This document shows, piece after piece, positions 53,440-64,000 of a DNA stretch of 64,000 nt. This stretch comes from Octopus vulgaris (Eukaryota). The stretch covers positions 86,428,001 to 86,492,000 of the forward strand of contig OX597818.1 of the NCBI GenBank assembly GCA_951406725.2, given 5' to 3'. A program made the translations under genes and the position numbers. The notes beneath the pieces were generated by a model. It was not told where the DNA came from. It worked only from the letters and a program-made list of their open reading frames with translations, and did not search any database. Every line of letters begins with the position of its first letter. The first letter of the stretch is position 1.

Positions 53440-53990
53440 TTTATTTTTATAATAAAACCAGGAAGACAAATGGTTTCCTTATTTGATACAAAGGTGACAA
53501 ATGACTGGACATGACAAGCACAATTTTTAAAAATTGGTGGAAAATACACTTAGTCGAACAATAATTGGCCTTCTTGCAGAAATCAGTATTTGGGAATTGT
53601 TTGGAACAAAGGTTCACTCGATGCCCAGAAATCTTGGACCAGTTGCGAAAGAGACAAGAGATAAGGCCAGAAAATTGTCGGAAGCTGCCGAAAAAGCAAA
53701 CCATTGTATCAGGCTCAAGAGGGAATGAGAGATGCAGCAAGAACAAGTATTGACGAGCATTGAGGAGGGTAGAAATATCTGGACCAGAGACGCAAAAAAC
53801 TGGCTTAACAAAGCTCGTGCTGTTTTGTGAGAGTTTTGCTGCCTACATTGTTGGGTGGCCCCGGGCAGCTCTACTGTCATGGTGGTAAGGCCAGAACAGC
53901 TACAGAATAGCATGATCACCTGATGAAACACTGACTCTTTCATTCGATGGCGGAGCTCAACAGTACTGTCAGCACACATGTGTTTACCCT
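53440..53990 (+). mobile_element. HERO-like non-LTR retrotransposon 3' remnant
   Basis: ARKLSEAAEKANHCIRLKRE* resembles the HERO C-terminal LSE.AE.AS.W.W.KR motif. Confidence 0.55.
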
Positions 53991-54581
53991 AAAGCATTGA
54001 ATCGGATTGAAGAAACTGGACAGAAGAACATAACTATAAAGTAAAAAGAAATAAAACATCCTGGTAGACGAAGAACAAACTAGAAACAAGCAAGGAACCT
54101 TATAGATCCAAAAAGTCTTGCTACAAAAAGCATATATATTCACCGATAGCGGGTTCCTAAAGAATACAGCTAGGATTATTCCCGTTCGTTCGGGCTATAG
54201 CTGACAATCTCATCCAACTATCAGAAGATTTAGGTGATGGCTAAATATTTATGAATCTGTTCTTATTTGCACTCAGATCGAGATTTTAAATCAGAACGCA
54301 AAAAGCCTGAAGAAATTCTGCAGAGCTTTTTGTTCAGCAGCACTAATGGTGCTTCAAGTTCGCCACCTTAATGATAATTCCATAAAATTCTGGTTCAGCA
54401 AGTTTAAGAGGAGCTGTAAGTCGATTACATCGAACCCAAAACTTGGCTGATATTTGTTTTATCGGCACCAAAAAAAAAAAAAAAATTAAAAGGAAAGTCG
54501 ACTCTGGCGGAATTTAAATGCCGCTAGGCATTTTGCCCAGCTGCTAACGATTCTGCCTGCTCATCACCTTAATGATAACAA

Positions 54582-54677
<96 letters not shown>

Positions 54678-54684
54678 TAATAAT

Positions 54685-55240
54685 ATCTGATGCAGTACCA
54701 GGCAGTGGCTCTCGTGGCTTCTAATCTTAACTGATTGGAAGTGTTATCATGTACATTGTTTTGTCTTGGTATAAAAGATAGGCTACAACAAATATTCTGC
54801 TCAATACCACAGATTTGCTTGTCAGTTGTTTGACCTTAACCAGTTGAGCATGTCCCTTAGTTGCTGATGATATGTGCATCTCTGATCACGAGCAGAAGTA
54901 GTGAGGGAGCATCATAGCCATGTGTTGAGAGGGATTCTTTGAGGTTTGAATAATTCACCTCTGGAAACATGGGTGTTTCGTTCAACATCCTTATTCAGGG
55001 ACCTTTTGAGCGGGATGGGTTTACTCGACCAGAAGAAAATTCTAACTGGGCCCCACCTGCAAGGTCATGTGCTGTTTATCTTGATATGAGATCACCATGT
55101 CGTACACATATGGTTGTGATGCATGTGCCTAGTGTACTCTGAACAGACGGGTAGTCATGATGGGTATACTGGGCTTCGTATATTTTACTCCAGTGTCACT
55201 TTGATGGCATGCACTGCTCTCTCACACAATAATAATAATA
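54685..55240 (+). mobile_element. Non-coding interspersed repeat inserted in (TAA)n
   Basis: Flanked by (TAA)n on both sides; a partial second copy lies at 41820-42022. Confidence 0.7.
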
Positions 55241-55966
55241 ATTTTGGCACAAGGCCAGCAACTTTGGGGGAAGGAGTAAGTCGATTACATCGACTCCGGT
55301 GTTCGACTGTTATTTATTTTATCGAACCCGAAGGGATGAAAGGCAAAGTTGACTGGGGTCGATTCTTACCCGAAATTGCTGGAATTGAACCAAAATTTGT
55401 AACCATTATTATTATTAACCAGCTTTCCTGTTCACACTAGTCTGGGACTCGCTGCCTTGTCTCCTGACAAAAAAACCAAAAGAAATGGGTATTCAGAGTG
55501 CTCTGAATTTCACAGATGCCATTTAACGCGTTTTCAGTGACGTCATATCATTGAAATTAGTACATCACGCAAATTGCACATCATATTGGATCACATATTT
55601 GCATGACCTCACAAAACAAGCAAAAAACAAGTAACAGGAAGAAAACAAACAGCACAAAACAAAAAAATGCATAAGCAACGTGGCAGAAACAGAAAGAAGT
55701 ATATCAAATACGTAATTTAATTGGTCAATGTTTACAAAATCGCTTTACTAACGACAAAAGTTTATTTCGTCTGTTGTCTGCAAACTTTGCTTCTCAATCA
55801 AAGCTAATTAGCAGCCATATTCTATCTTAATCATTTCTTTACAAAAAATTCATTTTTACCGTCTTTTGTCTCTTTGTCAACTGATGTTTACCTTTTGGAT
55901 TCTAAGATATTTCCTTATAACATTATTAACTCCTATATATACATACATATATATACATATATAAAA

Positions 55967-56007
<41 letters not shown>

Positions 56008-56447
56008 CATATATACAAGCGTATCCATATGCATGTATATATACATACATAGCTACATAGCTACACACACACACACACATATATATATAGATGCATATAT
56101 ATATATATATATATACATATATATATAAACTTTATTCTTGTATTTTAAATTTTCGTTATATATTTTACTGCTAATTGATAGAACAATAAAATTAACTTAC
56201 ATCCCATCAGGTGTATGTACCCTCCCAACGCTCCACTACCATTTCGTACCTAACATAGAACAAAATTCATAACCTGAAATGACGAAGAGAAAGTTGCGTG
56301 TGGATGTAGTATGATGAACGATGTGTGCGTATATGTGTGCCGCTATGTGTATGCCTCTGTTTTTCTGCATATATGTATATGTTTGTATGCAGATATCTAT
56401 GTGTTTGCGTGTATATGTATATATGTATCAGTGTTTGTCTGTATATA

Positions 56448-56560
56448 CAGGGTGGGCCAAAAGTCACGCACAAAATATGTTCAATACGTTCCGGAATTTT
56501 CAGAGATGCTTCAATTTTTTTCTAAAATATTATAACATGAATAAAATAGTGATAAAAGCG
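56448..56560. mobile_element. Tc1/mariner-like terminal fragment
   Basis: TA|CAGGGTGGGCCAAAAGT; no partner end seen. Confidence 0.45.
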
Positions 56561-56586
56561 CAGAGACTTGTACAGGAAGGACAAAA

Positions 56587-56655
<69 letters not shown>

Positions 56656-56670
56656 ATTTTTAATTTTTTA

Positions 56671-56743
<73 letters not shown>

Positions 56744-56819
56744 ATTTTTAATTTTTCTTTTTTATTATTATTATTCAGTAGTTTTATTTTTTTTTTATTA
56801 TTTTATTATTATTATTTTC

Positions 56820-56875
<56 letters not shown>

Positions 56876-56889
56876 ATTTTTAATTTTTC

Positions 56890-56951
<62 letters not shown>

Positions 56952-56952
<1 letters not shown>

Positions 56953-57900
56953 AAGTTTATAGTGGTATATTAAAAAATGCCGTGGAGCCACTGTTGAAAC
57001 ACACGAAGACCGATGTCATCAAAACCAGAAATAAACAAAAAATAAAGACAAAGCATGAAAAGAAAGGAAAATGTGTGGTCAGTTTGCAAGAGACGTGAAC
57101 GCCAAGACAGCTACAAAGAACCGGTGGCTAAGGATGAGGAGGAGTGACCTGATGAAGTACTCATATGCGCAGCTTAAGAACAGGCGTTAACGACCGACTA
57201 TATGAAATGCAGGATAGACAACACTAACGATAGGAACAAATGCAAAATTTGTGGTGAGAGAGGCGAAATGGTATGACATATCGTTAGCAAATGCCCGAAA
57301 TTGGCACAACGCGAATACAAAAGACGCCATAACAATATGGCATGAATGATCCATTGGGAGCTCTGTGGAAATCACGCTCTACAAAGAGCAAAGGCATCGT
57401 AAGCAAAAACTCCAGGAAGAGCCAGCGAAAATGAGAATTGCAAAATCCTGTGGGATGCAATGATCCAGTGCGATCACCCGACCAGACATCGGAAACCGGA
57501 TATTATTATTATGAATAAAAAAGAAAGAACATGTATGATAATCGACATAGCATGCTCCAGTGACAACAGGATCAATGTGAAAGAAGAAGAGAAAATAAAC
57601 AACTATGACGATTTCAAGTGAGAAATACGATAGTTGTGGTCATGGAGAGAGTAGTCGTGATACCAATAGTAAATGGTGCACTTGGAAGTATCAGCATTCG
57701 ACTTCCAGCATGGGTGAAAAATATGGGTGCAAGTGTGAAGGTAGAACATCTACAAAAATCTGCATTGATTGGAACTGCATAGTTCTTCGCAGGGTTCTTG
57801 AAGCATGACCAGTAAATAAGTATCACCTTAGTTTACTGGCTGTGGACAGCTGACACTTACTATCATACTCAGCAAAATAAACAATGAGTTTTCATATATT
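56952..57900 (+). mobile_element. R4/Dong-clade LINE, 5'-truncated, with CCHC knuckle and restriction-like endonuclease
   Basis: CKICGERGE..HIVSKC..LAQREYKRRHN; KILWD..IQCD..HRKPDII..CMIIDIAC..D..KEEEK..Y; IPIVNGALG; LQKSALIGT. 3' end runs into (TAA)n. Confidence 0.93.
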
Positions 57901-57918
57901 AATAGTAATAATAATAAC

Positions 57919-57973
<55 letters not shown>

Positions 57974-58190
57974 TCCTTTCTACTAAAGGCACACGGCCTG
58001 AAATTTTGGAGGAGAGGTCTAGTCGGATACATCGACCTCAGTGTTTCATGGATACTTAATTTATCGACCCCGAAAGGATGAAAGGCAAAATCGCTTAACG
58101 CAGCATTTGAACTTAGAATGTAAAGACGGACGAAATGCTGCTAAGCATTTTGCCTGGCGTGCTAACGATTCAACCAGTTCGTCAATAATA

Positions 58191-58256
<66 letters not shown>

Positions 58257-58733
58257 TAAAATATCAGTTTTGGTGCGTGACTTTTGGTTTCTATATGCGT
58301 GGGTAGTGTGTGTGTTTGTGCGTGTGTGTGTGCGCGCGCGTGTACTAGTGCTAACAAGCATCCGCTTGTTTGTTAGTTTGGAGTTTCCTCGACAAGTAAC
58401 AGGTTTATCGGACAGAAAATACTGGATGCAATATATATATATATAGATCACCTCCTGTAACACTAGCTGGACGAGACCATACAAATGAATGAATGGCTAA
58501 AATGCTGGTTAATAGGATCATATGAATGCGTAGCTCAGTCTTGACCTCACAATACAAACAAGATTTTATATATGAGTCAGCAGGAAAATCATGAAACAAA
58601 TGAAACTGGAATCTCAGGAAATCCCAGTGATCAAGGCATTAACGTAATCTTTACTTCTCAGAAATTTAAAATTTCTACTAATTGGCAGTGCATTTGCCCT
58701 AGCGGAGGAAAGCTTCAGTAGTGTGATGACGAC

Positions 58734-58761
<28 letters not shown>

Positions 58762-58766
<5 letters not shown>

Positions 58767-59023
58767 AGGTAGGAGAGTCCAGTTTGCTGGACATTGTTGT
58801 AGAGCTGAAAAAGAGATCATTTCTACTCTTCTCCTCTGGAAGCCATCTACTCGCAGTACCAGAGGGCGCACACTCTCCTACCCTGATGTAATCTCCAGGG
58901 ATACAGGCATCCAGCAACAGGACCTCCGTAATGCCATGATGGACCGTGAAGTCTGGCGTAGCATAGTAAATTCCATTGTCTCGACCACGGTCGAACAATG
59001 ATGATGATGATGATGATGATGAT
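58762..59023 (+). mobile_element. RTE/RTEX-type LINE 3' end within (GAT)n
   Basis: RRVQFAGHCCRAEKEIISTLLLWKP..RGR..YPD.I.RDTG..DL.NAMMDREVWR. Confidence 0.88.
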
Positions 59024-59320
59024 TGTGAGGACGAAGACGTGTCTTGTCGTACTTCTTTAAACTTGCTTAATACTACTATGGTGGAATGGTAAAATGAGCT
59101 AGAATGGTAATGCGAGGGAATGGGACGCTGATTCATTCAGCAAAATCGAATTCAAATAGAAGACATCAAACACGTACCGAAACGAAAAACAAAACTGAAA
59201 ATGCTGTGAGAGATGCACGCTACATAATTCGGGATATGCGGATTTTGTTGATAAGCAGGTCCACTGCTCATTTTGGTGTCTTACGGAACGCATTTTTTTT
59301 TTGTTTTATTTACTCCAGAG

Positions 59321-59740
59321 TAGGCGCAGGAGTGGCTGTGTGGTAAGTAGCTTGTTTACCAACCACATGGTTCCGGGTTCAGTCCCACTGCGTGGCACCT
59401 TGGACAAGTGTCTTCTACTATAGCCTCGGGCCGACCAAAGCCTTGTGAGTGGATTTGGTAGACGGAAACTGAAAGAAGCCCGTCGTATATATTTATATAT
59501 ATATATGTGCGTGTATGTTTGTGTGTCTGTGTTTGTCCCACTAGCATTGCTTGACAACCGATGCTGGTGTGTTTATGTCCCCGTCACTTAGCGGTTCGGC
59601 AAAAAGAGACCGATAGAATAAGTACTGGGCTTACAAAGAATAAGTCCCGGGGTCGAGTTGCTCGATTAAAGGCGGTGCTCCAGCATGGCCGCAGTCAAAT
59701 GACTGAAACAAGTAAAAGAGTAAAAGAGTAAGAGAGTAAT
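59321..59740 (+). mobile_element. SINE family A, full-length reference-like copy
   Basis: tRNA-like head, core, internal microsatellite and (GTAAAAGA)n tail. Confidence 0.93.
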
Positions 59741-59759
59741 ATATTGAGACTTTCTTATC

Positions 59760-60850
59760 AAGAGTTCGTTTATTAGAGACGATGAGCGCACTCTGGTTTA
59801 TACAATATATGCTACTACTGCAAGATGCAGAATTAAGAGCATGCTGATTGTAGATCTGAACAAAATCCACAACACAATACAATACCTGACGGCAGATACG
59901 AAGTTCGTAGTGCATAAATTCAGATACCTCTTGCGATTATCAAATGCTGAATTATAAAGTGTTAAGATCGGAATTCAAAAGATCACCAAGTTCTATTTCA
60001 GAATTTCGGAATACGCTGTCCAATCACATTCTGAATGTGAAGAAAGAGACCTTCTCTGCCTTTCCACACATAAAGAAATTCATACTGAAGTCGTTTCATC
60101 TCATCCCTATCTCGAGTGTATTTCCTCCTTCAAACAAGATATATGTAACGATTAGGATTTTTAACAAGTATCGTCATTTTCTTTTCTTCACGATTTTAAC
60201 TTCTCTCACCACCAGTGTTTATGTACTCCAGAAAGTAAACTCCAAATCTCTTACCCATTTCCCAGTTTAGTACCGGATTCATTTAGGCGGTCCTCAATTA
60301 GATGCATCCGACACTTGAAATTTTACAACCGACTCCAAAGGTCGGGGAAGCTCCAGCAATTAATTACCGGATCAACAATCCGTATCGGTTCAGACGATCG
60401 AAAAACGATACACGCAACTCATGAATCGATGAAACCTAGATATCTTAGTACACCGCCTTCTATACCACTTAATTTGACTATCTCGTTATCTAAGATGTGA
60501 ATCTTCACTGCTTCATTTCTCATCTATTTCATATATTCTCCACTATGACTTATGTGGTGTCATTTAGTAATTATTTCCAATTTCTGATAATAGAAATGAC
60601 ACATTCACAGTAATCACTATCCAACTAACATCTACCTTTAATTACTCCAATGATTTTCCTGTTGGCTTATTGCTAAAGTCTTGTATGTGCTGCGGTTGAA
60701 GCCGACTTGTATGTAATCTTGACTCGCTTACATGTTGCCTAGTCGATCGACCAATCGTATGCTTACGTTCTTCTTAACTCGTTTATTCTGTTTGATGAAT
60801 CTGTTACACATTAAAGAATCCCCACAATAATAGAAAACAGGTACAGCTGA
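59760..60850 (+). mobile_element. Highly decayed retroelement coding region, probably Penelope-like RT
   Basis: Fragments TTSVYVLQKVNS and FYNRLQRSG resemble Penelope-like RT C-terminal motifs; many stops. Confidence 0.4.
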
Positions 60851-61023
60851 AATAAATTACACACATGTACCTATATATATATATATGTATATATATGTAT
60901 ATATCCGAAATTGCAAAGATGATCCGGTTCTTGACTGAAGATTGAAGGCTTCGAATCTCCCGTCCGTGTTTTTGTATCGTCTTCTAAATGTTTCACGTTC
61001 TTGTCCCAGTTTGTATTTTTTAC

Positions 61024-61132
<109 letters not shown>

Positions 61133-61989
61133 TGTATGTATGTATATATATATATACACGCACACATACACATACATATATACGTATACATATATGTATA
61201 CGTATATAAATATATATATACATATATAGCACATAAATAAAACCATACATATTTGTGTGAGTGTGTGCGTGGGTGTGGGTGTAGGTGTGTGCGCGTGTAT
61301 GCGTATGTGTATTTACTGATGTGAACATGTGTAAGACTAAAAATATGTGTAGGTTTATTGAGTGCATGATTTGTACGTATGTATAGGTTTCTGCGAATGT
61401 ACTTGTGTTAAATACACACGCACACACGCACACACATACACACGCGCACATACAGACACAAACACATACATGCAAATACATATACGAACACACACTCATA
61501 AATATGCATATATGTGTGTGTACGCGTGTGTGTGTGTGTGTGTAGATTTCAGTTGATAGTCACTGAGGCCATAGCTAATTCAATAGTACCACGTGATTGG
61601 TCAGTAATACAATGCTTTATTAATACTCATTAAGTGTATTAAGAGTTTATTAACAAACATTTATTATTTTTCTCATTCGAGCTGATAATTATTGAAGTAT
61701 AACCTTTACCCTCATTTGCTGTCGCTATAGTAACGAATTTGCTATATAGAATATTCATGACAGAAACACTGACTTGCACCGGGAAGTGAAAATAATTGGA
61801 TTAAAATGAGGTGCTGATCACGTATTTAATTAGCAATTTTGCTTCTACAGTGTCAGCAAGAACAAGCGGAAGCTGTACATTCATTAATGAAGGCAAGTAT
61901 ATTAATACTGACTGGTGTTGTCTCCCTTGCTCGCTTGACTTGTCTAACTCTCTTGCTCTCTTGGTACAAGTCTATGACTGAAAAAAATC

Positions 61990-62385
61990 TATCTTTTACT
62001 TGTATCATCATTAAAATGCGACCATGCTGGGATATCGCCTAGAAGAGTTCAGTCGAATAAATCGACTGTAGTGATAATTTTTGAAACCTGTTGTTTACTG
62101 TATCAGTCTTTTATGTCGAACCGCTAGGTTAAAGGGTCGTAACAAATCAACACCGGTTTTAAGTGATGTGGGGGGGGGGAGACAAACACTAAGACACACA
62201 CACATGCATTTATATATACATAGATAAATACATACACGACGGGCTTCTTTCAGTTTCCGTCTACCAAATTCCTTCACAAAGCTTTGGTCAGCCCGGGGCT
62301 GTGGTAGGAGACACTTTTCCGAAGTGCCACGCAGTTAGAGGGAAATCCGAAACCACGTGGATAGCAAGCAAGCTTCTTTCTCAAC
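61990..62385 (-). mobile_element. SINE family A
   Basis: Reverse match to family A. Confidence 0.85.
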
Positions 62386-62526
62386 AATTTTAACTCCCTC
62401 GCTTTCTGCCACTCAACTAACGAGCCACGAGTGAAAAAAATCCTCTTAGTGAAATATTTTCGCATATCTTTTCAGCATTTCTCTTTATCAAAATATTTCC
62501 TCCTTTCTGTCCCTGTCTCTCTCTCC

Positions 62527-62559
<33 letters not shown>

Positions 62560-62900
62560 CTCTCCCTCTCTCTCTCTCTTTCTCTCTCTCACTCTATCTC
62601 TCCCTCTATATAAAACTTTCTTTTATTATATAAATGACTATACTGAACATCTTTAAACTTACCATATTAAACATAATTTAATTATATAATCTTTATACTC
62701 CTTATAACCCAACAGCTTAAATTAGTTTACCTTATTAATAAATAACAAGTTTTAACATAATATCTTTAAATTTGCAATTCAACATTTTTTTTAAAGTATA
62801 AAACCATGAGAAATCAAAACACTAATAGATTTACAATCTACCAACTAAAAGCTTCGACTCTCTTCATAACGAAATAACAGTATAATTTACTAATCCTCAA

Positions 62901-62950
62901 TTTCTTTCTTCTGATGAAACCCTAATAGATCGAAATAGCTATATACAGAT
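62901..62950 (+). ncRNA. Decayed hammerhead-like motif
   Basis: CTGATGA 62911-62917; GAAA 62932-62935; palindromic stem III ATAGCTAT followed by A. Stems I and II are poor. Confidence 0.55.
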
Positions 62951-63293
62951 ATTGATAACTTTATAGTTGAATGCGATTATTTAAGGACTCCACAGTTCAA
63001 AGGAAAACAGGACAAAAGTAAATTCCAAGTTTGTTTTCATCCCCACAATCCGCTGGGTTCCTGGTTTGTAAAGTTTCTAGTTTTCCTCAAAGTAGAACCG
63101 ACAAATTAAACTTGGTCGTACGATGTTCTGTTTTTGCGTGTGTGTACGAGGCTTTTGTATTAATCGGGACTCAGTAGGTCAGATTACAATTTTTTAGAAT
63201 AGCGTTCAAGTTGATAGTCACTGAACGAATAAGCTATTGGTATTGTAGTAATATTCTGAGTATTGCGAGTATGTGTATGTGCGTGTATGTGTA

Positions 63294-63540
63294 TAGGCGC
63301 AGGCGTGGCTGTGTGGTAAGAAACTTGCTTCCCAACTACATGGTTCCGGGTTCAGTCCTACAATATTCTCAGGCTGACCAAAGCGCGTATTTGTATGTGT
63401 GTCTTTGTGTCTGTGTTTGCCCCCCCCCCCCATAACTTGACAACCATGTTGGCATGTTTACGTCCCCGTAACTTAGCGGTTCGGTAAAAAGCGCCTGATA
63501 GAATAAGTACCGAGCTTACAAAGAATAAGTCCTGGGGTCT
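63294..63540 (+). mobile_element. SINE family A, internally deleted
   Basis: Head and part of the tail match family A. Confidence 0.85.
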
Positions 63541-63664
63541 TCCCATGCAGGCGCATATGCTCAGTAGTCACATATATATATGTAAGTGATACAAGTCCGT
63601 ATATATATTTGTATATACGTGAGCGTTTACATATGCCGCTGATATACGGATATGCTGATATACG

Positions 63665-63860
63665 ACCCTACCTTGATGTCCTTATTATCAAAATACCATG
63701 GTTCTATTGGATCCTGCAAATAATTACCTATATTTAAACTATCAGGAGTTATTACGTCAGGCCTGTCTATCCCCACTCCAGTATATCCACAATAAAGACT
63801 ACAAAATAATATACTTCGAATTATCACCTGCTTCAGAGAGCATACCATTAAATTACCTTT
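63665..63860 (+). mobile_element. Penelope-like RT remnant
   Basis: PYLDVLIIK...YPHSS....K...LLQRAY resembles the PFLDV..S.HP..K..L..RA motif. Confidence 0.45.
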
Positions 63861-64000
63861 AAACGGAAACAAAATATTATTCAGAATGAAGGCCCACAGC
63901 GGCCCAGGAGTGCCAAGATTGTTATCTCATGAACTGATAATAAAACATTAACCTACATATTCATTCTGTTAATGTATGCCCAATCCCAAATAATCTGATA

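Overview
A repeat-saturated, AT-rich eukaryotic intergenic or intronic window. The SINE families, microsatellite density and transposon mix point to a cephalopod, most likely Octopus (inference from recalled repeat sequences, not a database hit). I find no convincing host protein-coding exon, tRNA, rRNA or CRISPR array, and most listed ORFs are translations of microsatellites. The real coding content is transposon-derived: Penelope-like GIY-YIG and RT remnants, a young CR1 3' fragment, an internally deleted Academ-type (transposase plus XPG/FEN1-like) element, mariner fragments, a deleted Gypsy element, RTE fragments and R4/Dong- and HERO-type fragments. Non-coding elements include two Helitrons, several MITEs, a solo LTR and dozens of tRNA-derived SINEs. 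The most notable signals are: (i) about eight hammerhead-ribozyme-like motifs, one apparently intact (13001-13086) and one inside a ~330-bp direct-repeat, long-hairpin, retrozyme-like unit (11300-11795); (ii) a SINE whose 3' tail is repeatedly joined to the same nucleotide inside another copy of its own family; (iii) an RTE C-terminus with two C2H2-like fingers; and (iv) a cryptic ~72-bp tandem array broken by three TSD-bounded insertions. Coordinates were read by eye and may be off by a few bases.
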